A DNA stretch of 64,000 nt from Octopus sinensis (taxonomy: Eukaryota), in assembly GCF_006345805.1 (NCBI RefSeq), contig NC_043000.1, forward strand, positions 40,486,001 to 40,550,000. The letters run 5' to 3'. The notes under the pieces are model-generated. The model did no database searches. It saw only the letters and a list, made by a program, of their open reading frames with translations, and had not been told where the DNA came from. Numbering within the stretch: position 1 is the first letter of the stretch; every line of letters starts with the position of its first letter. Positions 1 through 11,539 of the stretch are shown here, in pieces. A program made the translations under genes and the position numbers.

Positions 1-190
1 AGGGACATTGGAGTATCTGAGTTTCTTGTCAGGCAGGTAGTGCATGAAGACATTAGTTATTCCTCATACAAGATGAGAGAGGGCTAATTTTTATCCCGAC
101 CCATCAAAGACAAGTGGAAAGCCTGCGCTATGAAGCTTTTGAAGAAACTCAAGTATCCCCCCTCCAACCGAACATGCTTTTGTTTTTTTA
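1..190 (+). pseudogene. Tc1/mariner-superfamily transposase fragment (maT/DD37D-like), truncated at window edge
   Basis: Frame 1 reads RDIGVSEFLVRQVVHEDISYSSYKMREG*FLS..., homologous to VHEDIRYKSY at ~18400 and VHEDIRHKSC at ~32780. Confidence 0.6.
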
Positions 191-285
191 TAAGTTGAAA
201 AAGTCGCAAAGACTGAAACCAGTACTAAAATGTTCTTCATGATAAAATTATTTTAGCATTTTATGTATGCATATATATATATATA

Positions 286-1080
286 TTTCACTTCAAACAA
301 GGAAACATATTTAAGATCAAATCAAATTTCACCTGCGCGTCAGTAAATGTAATCTATGTCATGACATGCATAGGATGTGGTAAACTCTATATCGTCATTA
401 CATGCATAGGATGTGGTAAACTCTATATTGTCATTACATGCATAGGATGTGGTAAACTCTATATTGGACAAACAGGAATTTTGCTCCGTCAAAGAGTCAC
501 CATTCACAAAGAGCAAATCCGTCACCCACAATACAGACAGTTAAAGGTGAGTGAACACATAGAAAGGTGTGCCAGGAATCTTAATCCCAATTTCCAAATC
601 TTTCCCTTTTACCAATGTTCACAGAACACCACAATTCAGCAAATGTTGAATAAAGAGGCATTTTTCATCAATAAATTTCTCCCCCAACTAAATATGAACA
701 CACAACTCAATACAGAGCACCACTAACTCTTCAATTGAAACCACTAACCCCTATACATTTCCAACACCACTCATATCTCTAAATCCAGAACTACTTACCT
801 CCCTTACAAATAACCTTTTTTCTCAGAAACTATTAGACATAACACCGTGTTTTAGACGGTGTTTTCAAAGCGATGAATAGTTTTTTGCCGAAACCATGGT
901 TCGCTTTGTTCTCTTACTTTATTATTATCATCTTATAATCATCTCATAATAATGACCTTTATGACTCTTATTACTACCTCAGTCCATCTAAATGTATATA
1001 TTTGTCGTTACCTATCATAAATAGCCTTTTTTTTTATTTGCAATATGCATTTTCGTTGATTTTTCATATTTTACCCCTAT
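286..1080 (+). mobile_element. Penelope-like element 3' fragment (GIY-YIG endonuclease plus pLTR-like tail), flanked by (TA)n
   Basis: In-frame FTCASVNVIYVMTCIGCGKLYI...YIGQTG.LRQRVTIH...E.FFI...P.LN is typical of PLE GIY-YIG; (TA)n on both sides; degenerate HHR at 866-908. Confidence 0.8.
361..726 (+). pseudogene. GIY-YIG endonuclease domain of Penelope-like element (partial), with internal 39-bp tandem repeat
   Basis: ORF 361..726 (frame open from at least 301): VIY-x-CxxC-x-YIG motif; TCIGCGKLYI present three times. Confidence 0.8.
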
Positions 1081-1099
1081 ATATATATATATATTTATA

Positions 1100-1584
1100 T
1101 ATAATAATAAATATTAGGGAATAAATCCAAATTTACAAGGAAAAATCAGATTTAAGATTGAATCCAATTTTATAATAAAATATTATATTATAATAAATTA
1201 GAGACAAAACCACTATTATGCAAATCAATCAAAGAAAGACTTAAGCCAATACATAAAATATAAAATAATTTATATAAATTAAAATTTAACAAATGAATAA
1301 CCACTACGATCGTAGTGGTTATTCATTTGTTAATTTTAATTTATATAAATTATTTTATATTTTATGTATTGGCTAAGTCTTTCTTTGATTGATTTGCATA
1401 ATAGTGGTTTTGTCTCTAATTTATTATAATATTATATTTATATATATATATATATATAATATATATATATATATTGGCCTGCTCGCTTAGCCAGCGGGGT
1501 GGCGTCATTCGAAGGCTAAAACAATGCGAACGCATTGTGACCAGCGATGTGTGAGACATCTGATGGTCTGGTCGGTCACGTGAT

Positions 1585-1648
<64 letters not shown>

Positions 1649-1935
1649 TTAGAGACAAAACCACCATTATGCAAATCAAACAAAGAAAGACTTAAGCCAA
1701 TACATAAAATAATTTATATAAATTTAGAAATTTAACAATTATAATTATGATTGTTAATTTCTAAATTTCTATAAATTATTTTATGTATTGGCTTAAGTCT
1801 TTCTTTGTTTGATTTGCATAATAGTGGTTTTGTCTCTAATTTAATATAATATAATATTTTACTATAAAATTGGATTCAATCCTAAATCTGATTTTTCCCT
1901 GTAAATTTGGATTTATTCCCTAATATTTATTATTA

Positions 1936-1940
<5 letters not shown>
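1100..1940. repeat. Two fold-back palindromes built from the same AT-rich element terminus, in mirror arrangement
   Basis: Arms ~1187-1309/1310-1432 centred on CTACGA|TCGTAG; second hairpin ~1645-1845; 1100-1200 is the reverse complement of ~1845-1938. Confidence 0.85.
1475..1591 (+). repeat. ~115-bp structured repeat (stand-alone SINE 3' tail) in (TA)n
   Basis: Near-identical to the reverse complement of 41289-41405 and homologous to the 3' end of the SINE at 46665-46758. Confidence 0.85.
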
Positions 1941-1965
<25 letters not shown>

Positions 1966-1966
<1 letters not shown>

Positions 1967-3180
1967 GGGTGTATCTTGTGTCTACAAATGGATGTACGCC
2001 TCTTACTGTTAAGTTTTGAACTTTATATAGATTATCATCATCGTCCAATCTGCATTCCAGTAGAGTGGTTAAGCAGCTAAGATACATAGTAATAAGTTTG
2101 TTGTGTTGTTTTTATCAGTTTTATGCAAATAGAGCTGTTATGCGGGGGATAGAGTGATGTCTGTGTATTTTTGAATATGTTTTATCAAGTTCTTGTTGTT
2201 TGTATCTACAGTCGTGTAATTAGTTATGCCTTGGGAATGCTGTTCGTGTTATTGGTCTGGAGTGGTATATGTTTTCGTTTGTAATGTTGGTGGTGTTTGT
2301 AGTGTTGGAGATGTTTGTAATTGTGTTGGTGTAGAGTGTGTAGGTGTGTAATACTTTATTAGCTTCTGTGTTTCTTCTAATCTTTTCGTTTACAGTCTTA
2401 CACAGAACTTTTCACTTTCTTTTCATCAGGATTCTGGTGGGTTTTCCAGACTGTTTATCCGGCTAGTCGAGTTTCTATAGTCGTGGAAATCTGTGGCAAT
2501 GGCGAGAATGATGTCTGCACAGTCGTGCACTTCTAACCTGGTGCTTTGGTCGACTGGTATGGGTGAGTTTTCTCTTCATTGCGTTGCTGTAGGCAATGTT
2601 ATCGTTGTTCTCGAGTGTGGTACTGCTGCTCGTTTCTGATGTTGCTGAATGGAGCTTTCCTGCTGCTCCTTTTTTTTATGCTGTTATTGTTTCAGATACT
2701 GCTACTCCTGGCACTGATGTTGTTGGTATTGTTGGTGCTACTTCTGTTGCATTTGATACTGATGTTGCTGTTTTAGAGATGTATGCAGCAGTGAGAGTTT
2801 TCCATTTCTTTGAATCCCACAGAAAGCATTTAAGTGATTTGTCTCGTCACAAATGTGGCGTCTAGGCTTTCTACCCCGGACTGCTAAGAATAGCTATGTA
2901 CTATTAGGGAGATTTATTAGGTTAGAGATGCCTTCGATACTGTTTTAATCGGTCTGTATCCATAATTCCATTTCTTTTCCCATTTGGTGCACTTGGAAAA
3001 TTGTTGTTTTATTCTCTGTGCTGTATAATACGGCTGCCATCATCAGTACCTTCTAGTACCTTCTTATTTCTTTTGGCGTGTTTAGAAATATTGTTCTCCC
3101 ATTCTTGGTTAAGTACTATTATCCCCCGCATAACACCTAACGTTTTTTTGAGACACATCCGCTATCTACTATCTACAACA
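1966..3180 (-). pseudogene. Decayed retroelement ORF1/gag-like region with CCHC zinc knuckle
   Basis: Minus strand 2860-2819 reads RHICDETNHLNAFC (CX2CX4HX4C with first Cys as CGC instead of TGC); stops nearby; low-complexity region downstream. Confidence 0.5.
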
Positions 3181-3184
3181 CCCG

Positions 3185-4225
3185 TTAAAAGGAGGGCTGG
3201 GCATGCCGTGGTTGATGATGCGCAGACACGCGCTGAGACTGCGACATCTCTGGCTCTATGTAGACAACGGTGAACAGGTGTGGTCGCCGTATGTAAGGCA
3301 CGCTTTCCTGCAGCTCGTCTCCATGACCGAACTGCAGTCGTGGATCAAAAAGAGGCCGAGGAAGGGCGAATGGCACCGCGAGTGTCGCGTTGCTCTCAAG
3401 CAACTCTGCCGTCCTGGGTCGACCTTGAGTGACTTCAACACAACCAAAGCATTCTATAGGGGTTTAGTGGATGGGAGGTACGACGACGAGCTCGGGGCGA
3501 ACCTGGACGTCGACGAGGAGTACCTGACCCGCCTGTTCAGGACGACTTTCGGGCCAGGGCCCATGGACAACTTCCAGAGATCCCTGGCCTGGCAGTGCTA
3601 CCGAGAAGCGCTACCCGTTCGGGATAAGCTCTACAGACACGGCTCGAGAAACACGGGGCCGACCTGCCCGAGATGCGGTCAGAGCGACGAAACCGTTCTG
3701 CACGCACTCGTGCAGTGTCCAACAATTTCCGACCTGTGGGCTTATGTCGAACGGGTAGCGCTTCTCGGTAGCACTGCCAGGCCAGGGATCTCTGCAAGAA
3801 TGGCACGTATGAATGACGAAGCCACCTTGAGCATGATCCTATGAACCCAGAAATTGAAAACAGAGAGTTGCTTATTCGCAAAAAAAAAAAAAAAAAAGAA
3901 AGAAATATAACATGTAACTCCATTGACCGAGGTTACCGTGGTCTTTTCAGTAGGCTTTTCTTTCCACGGGTAAACCTCACCTGTCCTCCCCTTTACACTT
4001 CATATTGACATTTCTGTGATAACGATCCCTATTGATCAAATTCTTCTTTTTTTTTTCTTTCTCTCCCCCTTTTTTTTTAACCCCCCTTTTTTTGTCCTCT
4101 TTCTCTCCTTTACGATCCCTTTTGATCGAAACTCCCCCTTCCTTTTTTTTTTTTTTAAACCTTCAAAAGAAAAGCTCTACCTTGTAATTTGTTCTATCTG
4201 TGTGCAGCCCTGTGTGGCTAATAAA
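3185..4225 (+). mobile_element. L1/Tx1-group LINE 3' end (zf-RVT domain plus 3' UTR), 5'-truncated, with internal inversion
   Basis: ORF 3203..3844 has LAWQCYREALPVR...CPRCGQSDETVLHALVQC (zf-RVT); GC-rich relative to flanks; pyrimidine-rich UTR ending GTGGCTAATAAAG. Confidence 0.8.
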
Positions 4226-4296
4226 GAAACATATCTACAACACACTTGTTTCCATTTTGCTTAGAAACAAGAACGGTCGCTGTTTCCGTTGTATTG

Positions 4297-4328
<32 letters not shown>

Positions 4329-4766
4329 GGAGGTGGCAGTTTTCTTGCTAGTGTTATAGTTGTTTTTTATGTTTTCATTGTGATGGGGGTGGGGTGTTTA
4401 AATGTTAGCAGCAGAAAATTAGCTTAATACTTTCCCGTGCAGTGTGTGTTGTTGTTGCTGTTGTTATGCCACCGCCGCCACTGCTGCTGTTGTTGTTGCT
4501 GCTGTTGCTACTGCTACTGCAGTCACTGATTTTTGCAAATTCGTTGTTCTGTTCTGCGCATAACTGGCTCTTCTTTGCAGCGGATGGACGATTCTCGTCC
4601 ACCATCTTTCTTTTTAAAAAAAAGCTGAGAGGCACGTTTACGAAACAAACCCCAATTTAGTTCATAAGGACTGGCTCCCTAAGGTCCTTCTTAGCTTATC
4701 TATAAAACGATAACAAATATTCAATATCTAACGCATTGTAACAAAAAAATTAACAAACTTACGGGA

Positions 4767-4872
4767 GCGGTGCCTAGTGTACCCTTATCAGACGGGTAGT
4801 CATGATGGGTATACTGGGCTTCGTATATTTTACCCCAGTGTCATTTTGGCGGCATGCACTGCTCTCTCACTC
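4767..4872 (+). repeat. 3' part of a dispersed SINE/LINE-tail repeat ending in (AAT)n
   Basis: Homologous to the reverse complement of 7290-7395. Confidence 0.75.
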
Positions 4873-4948
<76 letters not shown>

Positions 4949-4968
4949 TGATGATGATAATAATAATG

Positions 4969-5043
<75 letters not shown>

Positions 5044-5060
5044 GCAATAATAATAATAAA
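4873..5060. repeat. (AAT)n microsatellite
   Basis: Direct observation. Confidence 0.98.
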
Positions 5061-6140
5061 CTAATATTGGTGTTACGCTCAAAATTGACTGGATGGAATA
5101 AAATCCAAGCACTTAATACATGGCCGATAGTATCACCTTGATATAGAGCTAGAATCACAAAATGACAAAAGAAAGAACTGATGGATACGAAGACAAAACA
5201 AATGTTGACAGTTAACGGAGCCTTCCATCCTAAGAGTGACCCCGATAGGCTCTACTTGTCCAGAAGGGCAGGAGAGGTTTAATCAGTTGCCAGGATTGTA
5301 TCGAAGCAGAGAAAAACAGCTTAGGATAGTATGTAAAAATACCGTGAAGCCGTTGTTGAAGCCTGTGAAGAAGGCCGGCGTCATTAAAACAGATAATTGT
5401 GTAAAGAAAGAAAAACTTAAGAGTAAAAGTACACAAAAAAGAAACCGCATGGAATTAGAAAAAATGTACGGTCAGATTGTAAGAGATACAAACGCTAAGA
5501 CAGATACAGAAGACTGGTGGCTATGGATGAGGAGGAGTGACCTGAAGATAAATGCAGACTGTGTGGTAGTGGGGATGGGAAACGGTATGGCACATCATTA
5601 GCGAATGCCCAAAATTGGCAGAAGGTGAATACAAAAGACGACATGACAATGTGACGAGAATGATCCATTGTGAGCCATGTGGAAATCACGACCTACAAAG
5701 AGCAAAAACGTGGTATGAGAAAACCCCAGAAGGAATCACTGAGAATGAAAATTGCAAAATCCTGTAGGATGCAAATATTCTGTGCGATCACCTGATCAGA
5801 CATCGGAAACCAGACATTGTTGTGGTGAAAAAAATAGAGAAAGAACATGCATGATAATCGGCATAGCATGTCCCGATGACAACAGGATCCAAGAGAAAGA
5901 AGAAGAAAAACTGAAAAACTACAACGATTTGAAATGGGAAATACGAAGGTTGTGGTCAATGAGAAGAGTAGATGTGATGCCAGTAGTAATAGGTTCAAAA
6001 AGATTGGTACAAATGTAAAGTAGAACACCTACAAAAATCAGCATTGCTTGGAAATGCAAGAATTCTTCGCGGGGTTCTTGAAGAATGACGAGTAAACAAG
6101 TGTCACTTTAGTCTGGTTGTGAACAGCTGACACTTTCAAA
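5061..6140 (+). mobile_element. R4/Dong-like non-LTR retrotransposon relic (RT C-terminus, restriction-like endonuclease) between two (TAA)n tracts
   Basis: HPKSD..RLYL.R..G.RGL; RHDNV; HRKPDIVVVK; ACPDDNRIQEKEEEKLKNYNDLKWEIRRLW..VMPVVIG (PD-(D/E)xK RLE); frameshifts; (AAT)n at 4873-5060 and 6150-6290. Confidence 0.85.
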
Positions 6141-6151
6141 TAATGATGGTG

Positions 6152-6229
<78 letters not shown>

Positions 6230-6231
6230 TA

Positions 6232-6289
<58 letters not shown>

Positions 6290-7249
6290 TGGAGCCTAAG
6301 GGACAGTTGCAAGAAATTTAAACGGTTAGTTAAGATTTCGGATCTTTTCTGATTATACAGAAATCTTTAAGTGAGACAGCAAGAACCATAAGACACTTTA
6401 AGTAGATATTTACCGAAAATATATTTTGTTTCATAAAACAAAACAAAGAAAGTTTTCGAAAACAACAACCAACAGACACAAAATCGAAAAGAAAAAAAAG
6501 TGTGGTAGATAAACTAACTCGATGGGAATTTTAATGACTGTCGTAGAATATATTCTAAAAACAGTGTCAAAGGATTAAATTATGGTCGAAGTTGAAGTGA
6601 AAACTGATAAACCAAGGTAAATATTTACCTAATTATATGTAGTTTCACATAAGTAAAGTCCTAAACTTAAGACATTGTATTTCAGCCCTATCGAGAACCC
6701 TGTGATTTTTGTTAATTGCTCTTAAAGATTCAATGTAAGGGAGAAAGTTTGGTCATGGAAATGACAAGAAGGTCAGTTCTTAGTAAGTGACATTCGAGTC
6801 AGACACAATATTGGCAGAAAAGATATAATCGTTAACATTGGTCGCCGACAAGTAGGTAAGGGAAGAATAATGAGATGTTATTGAAACGCTTCGTCTCATC
6901 AAGACACGAAATATCTCAGAAACGAGATAAAAAAACAGACAACGATGCCAGACCTACAATTTTTTCTTTTCTTTTTTTTTTTATTCATCTTTCAACTATT
7001 AGGAAATGAAATCGATCTTCTTTCAAATCAGGATGGAAAAGACAAATATGTAGTAACAGCATACAACCACCCATTAAAACACCAATCTACCTACAAAAAC
7101 AGCCACTCATAAGAAATTCATCCAACAAAATTTGAGCAAAAGTAATTATCGCTTATCGCGTTTAGGAGTTTCGCTCTTAATATCGCTTACTCTTTATCTT
7201 CTGTTTACACAAAAATAAATGAAGGCGTTCCATTATTATTTTTATTTTT

Positions 7250-7254
7250 ATTAT

Positions 7255-7289
<35 letters not shown>

Positions 7290-7626
7290 TTGAGTGAGAG
7301 AGCAGCGCATGCCATCTAAGTGACACTGGGGTGAAATACACGAAGCTCAGTATACCCATTATGACCACCCGTCTGATAACGGTACACTAGGCACATGCAT
7401 CACAACCATATGTGCGCGACATGGTGATCGAAAGGCCCCTGAATAAGGGTTGTTCCCCCGTGTTTCCAGAGGTGAATTATGCAAACCCCAAAGAATTCCT
7501 CTCAAAACATTACTATGATGCTCCTCCACTACTTCTGCTCGTAATCAGAGCTGCGCATATCAGCCACTAAGTAAAATGCTCAACTGGTTAAGATTACACA
7601 ACTGACAAGCAAATCTGTGGTATTGA
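7250..7626 (-). repeat. Dispersed SINE-like repeat ending in (TAG/TAA)n; longer copy of 4767-4872
   Basis: Reverse-complement similarity to 4767-4872; trinucleotide tail at 7250-7290. Confidence 0.7.
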
Positions 7627-7629
7627 TAT

Positions 7630-9105
7630 TATTATTATTATTATCATTATCATTATTATTATCATTTGCTTGACTTTTGCTTTGTATTTGTACAAGTTGA
7701 CTCCAAGTTTTACCCAGAGAACTCAAGAGACAACAAGTTAGAAGTTCAAGTTGGTATTATACCCAGGGTGTCATATATTTCTAGAGAAGGTTTAAAAAAG
7801 CAAGAAAATTATGTTTGTTTTAAAAGTTGAGATTACATAGACACCATTTTACGTAGGATATGAGAAGTTCTCATGAGCACTATCTTTTGAATTTCTGCTA
7901 TTTTGAGGTTTCCTGGTACACCCAAATGTGTTTTCGGCTCCATTTTAAGAGATCCTTTCCTGTTACTTACTGTTATTTCTTAATTATATTTACATTGTAG
8001 GTCCTGCTTTCTGCATTCGGGCGTTGCAGTGCTTCCATTGTTGTAGGTACTTATGACCAATAAAAAGAGCTAGGTAGAAATCAGCCGTCTCCACTTTTTC
8101 TATCATTTCTAGGGCACCTATGAAAATAGGTATTGTTTTAGTCCTGAGGTTCCACATTTTGCCAATTTCTATTTCAAGATCTTTATACTTGCTCAGTTTT
8201 TGGTAGATCTTGACAGGCACATTTATGTCGATTGGGACAGTCATATCAACGAGGAGGCATGATCTTTGTCTAAAGTTTTTCAATATAATGACTGGCCTAT
8301 TTGCATCTATCTTTCTGTCGGTTTGAACAGTGAAGTTCCAGAGGAGTGAGATGTGATCATTTTCAAGCACTGGAGGCAGTTAGTGTCCCCATCAGTTTTT
8401 ATCATGGGGCAGGTCCAGGTTTTTGCAAATTACCCAGTGAATATATTGTGCTACTCTCTCATGCCTGTTGAGATACTCTGAAGGCGCAAGACTGCACATG
8501 GGCACAACATGATCAATGGTTTCATTTTGTTGTTTACATACACGACATGTTGGCCGTTCTTTAATATGTTAGCCTGGTAGTTCCTTGTAGGTAGGCACTG
8601 ATCTTGGGCTGGAATGATAAACCCTTCTGATTCTGATTTTAAGCCAGAACACACTAACCATTGAGGGGTAAGGGCTTTGTCGACACCAGCATTATTAGCC
8701 CTCTTTGGGCATTTTCTATTGAGAAGTTTTTCTTGTCATTTATCAGTAAGAATACCTAAGGCAGTGGTTTAGCACGGCTTTTCGTACGCTTAGCTTTTTC
8801 TGTGCTTGTTTCCAGTACGTCTAATTCTCGGATTTGTTGTTATTGGAATTCAGTTAGATATTCCTTTGCTTGTTTTGTTACTGAGTATGATGCTTTCTTT
8901 TCTTGCTTTAAGACAAATTTTAACATCCTATCCTCAGAGTTTTTCAGATAGGTGTTTAGGCCAATTGTGGCAATCTTCATTGTTAATTCCAGTTGTAAAA
9001 GTCTACGGCCATCCTCTTTTCTTGGCATTTAAATTCATTCTATATTTGCCTTAAGGTGGTGCATTCTATGCCTTGTCAACAATTTTCGTATTTTTCTGTC
9101 AAGAA
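7630..9105 (-). mobile_element. R4/Dong-like LINE 3' portion (RT end, CCHC region, RLE)
   Basis: ORFs 8840..9028 (PRKEDGRRLLQL), 8451..8654 (LKSESEGFIIPAQDQCLPTRNY) and 7990..8370 (LLWNFTVQTDRKIDANRP...KLSKYKDLEIEIGKMW); (TAA)n at 7630-7665. Confidence 0.85.
7918..8067 (+). repeat. ~150-bp repeat inserted into the Dong relic; second copy at 11303-11447
   Basis: CACCCAAATGTGTTTTCGGCTC...GTAGGTACTTATGACCAATAAAAAG present at both loci. Confidence 0.85.
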
Positions 9106-9129
9106 ACCCTAAACAGACAGATCCATCCC

Positions 9130-9750
9130 CTAATGTTAACGTTCAAGCTCGTCATACCTCAATGATAACAAAGCAAAATACAAACCGGTTTTGCCGTCAC
9201 CCGGTAAAACAAAGGTTGCATACTCCAGTAAGGAACCAGACTGGGTACGAACACTCAGCTACTGGTTGAGATCTTTCCGAAACACAGGAGCTGGAAGTAC
9301 CCCACAACCGGAATATTCCAACAGATGGCCATCCACGCTCATCATCAAATAACCAAAAGAAAGAATGAAAAATGGTCTAGGGGATATAATAAAGAAGTTC
9401 TTAAGGCCTTCTATCATGCCATTTATTTTCCCCAAAATAAATCTAATACTAAGCAAGCCTACCTAAATTGGAGACAGAAGCAGCTTGAAGACCCTTGATA
9501 GACAGTAAAATACTTGCCAACGTCAGAAGAAACATTATGAAAAAGAAATTACTAACTGAATTAGAGATTGACCAAATTAAACGATCAGTAAGGGATAAAG
9601 GGGACAAAGTTGCAGCTAAAGAAGTTTCTACAAAAGAAATAATAATAGACCAGCCCAGGTCTGATGAAAATGCAGTAATGATAGAAAGAGCTAATGTAAC
9701 TGATAAGCGAAGTGAAATACTCTCTGAACCAAGGCATACCGGTCGTGACT
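9130..9750 (+). pseudogene. N-terminal region of an R4/Dong-like ORF, opposite strand to the adjacent 3' portion
   Basis: RMKWSR..NKEVLKAFYHA-like segment (frameshifted) and IDSKILANVRRNIMKKKLLTELEIDQIK resemble R4/Dong N-termini (from memory). Confidence 0.55.
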
Positions 9751-10745
9751 ACTGTTTCAATATCATTAACTGGTCAATTACTGGTTGAATTCTACCTCTA
9801 ATTCAAGGGGTCGCTTGTTGTATATTTTGTTACACTTTGTTGACTCCATCTGAGAAGTGTGCTAAGAAAACATGTGCCTATGGAATGCTTAACCTTATAT
9901 ATTAACTCCTTCTTTCACCACCTGGTTTTTTTTTTGTTGTTTCTTTCCGTTTTTCGCTTTTCTTCCGTATACCTTTAACCATTTCCCTGCTCTGTGTTCT
10001 CTGGCGTCGGTGCATCATATATGTTACACATTCCCAATATTTTCTTTTTTCAATCGCCAGATTAACTTGGGATTTATGAAAGGGAAGCTTTATATTACTT
10101 AGAACGTACGAAACGGGTACGTAAATAAAAGTCTGAAAACAAGTGTGAACGTTTAGAACAAACTTATGAAAATGGTTTAGAGAAGCAAAGGATTAACTCT
10201 TAGATATCTTCTATTCTCTCTTTACCCCTTGACGTTAAGGCTTGCACATCCTTGTCCCTTAATCTTATTTCTATTTACATTTCTTGTATCGAAACACCAT
10301 TCAGTTGCCTAAATACGTTACTTATTTTCTTGTCTTGTTCCGTAATAGTTCTTCCTGATAGCTCCGAGCTATAGTTATTAAACATCGCTTAAAAGGTATT
10401 TGAGTGTAAGGAAAATGCTTAGCTGTCGATTGGTAAATGGAATTAAGTTGTCTGTATAATGTTTTATCCTCTTGTTCACTAATGCCTTTCCATTAATGCG
10501 TGTCTTCTTTTCACCATCTCTTCATCGTAATTTCTTGCTTGTCTTAAGACATTCTACTTTATTCAATTCGTCAAAATATAATACAACTTTTTCTCTCTTT
10601 TCTTGCCTTGTTTTCGCCATATTACATAAATCTTACGTGTTCATGTCTAGTTTCGTCTTTTATACTTAAATCACATATACACGCACATACACACACGTAC
10701 ATACATACATTTATATACGTATCTAAATAATATATGTATGGATAC

Positions 10746-10785
<40 letters not shown>

Positions 10786-10795
10786 GCGTGCGTGC

Positions 10796-10848
<53 letters not shown>

Positions 10849-11302
10849 GTAAAGAGTTTGACTGAACACAGTTTTTTTGTGTAACACACCAAAGTTCTCT
10901 GTATGCGCTCACGAAGAACTTTGAGAAGCTTTCTATGCGTTTCGAACTCGCTAGTGACCATGTTTGTGGACATGGCGATATTGAGTGTTAAGGATGAAAG
11001 CACATTATGGCGGCATTTCACGTGATATTCTGCCTACCTTGTCTTTTCCTTGAAGAGCAGGTAGTCTTTGTCTGGAAGTTTTGACGAAGAGTATTGTATA
11101 ATGATCGCACTTGAAAATCTTGCTGAAGGTGTGAAGGGAATGTGACAGGGAATGCCTTGCAAGAAATTTAACAATTGAATGATGAATGACAGAGGAAAGC
11201 TTGGTGTGACTAACTACATATGTAGGCTAGCAAGAAAAACGAGAAACCATTCGCCTTTTGTGCGTTAGAATAATTCTTAGATTTGTGAGATATGACCCGA
11301 AA

Positions 11303-11447
11303 CACCCAAATGTGTTTTCGGCTCAATTTTAGGAGATCCTTTCCTGCTACTGTTATTTCTTAATTATATTTATATTGTTGGCCCTGCTTTCTACATTCGC
11401 GCGCTGCAGTGCTTCCAGTGTTGTAGGTACTTATGACCAATAAAAAG
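11303..11447 (+). repeat. Second copy of the 7918-8067 repeat
   Basis: Direct sequence similarity. Confidence 0.85.
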
Positions 11448-11503
11448 AAATCACCACCGCCGCCATTACTATCACAAATATCAACATCATTACTATCACC
11501 ACT

Positions 11504-11539
<36 letters not shown>

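Noticed and set aside
350-470. CRISPR-like repeat array
   Set aside because: The 39-bp units are contiguous with no spacers and lie inside a eukaryotic retroelement ORF
1476-1530. HDV-like ribozyme starting GGCCUGC
   Set aside because: The best P1 partner (GAAGGCU) is not followed by a P1.1/P4/P2 arrangement
4405-4635. Possible host exon MVDENRPSAAKK...
   Set aside because: Short, half low-complexity, no recognisable domain or partner exons
6540-10620. Possible RTE remnants at 6540-7150 and 9950-10620 (also 24300-25000 and 46960-47270)
   Set aside because: Only isolated weak motifs; too decayed to support by eye
10845-11452. Solo LTR (TG...CA with AATAAA)
   Set aside because: Termini lie in microsatellites, no TSD, and AATAAA is too close to the end
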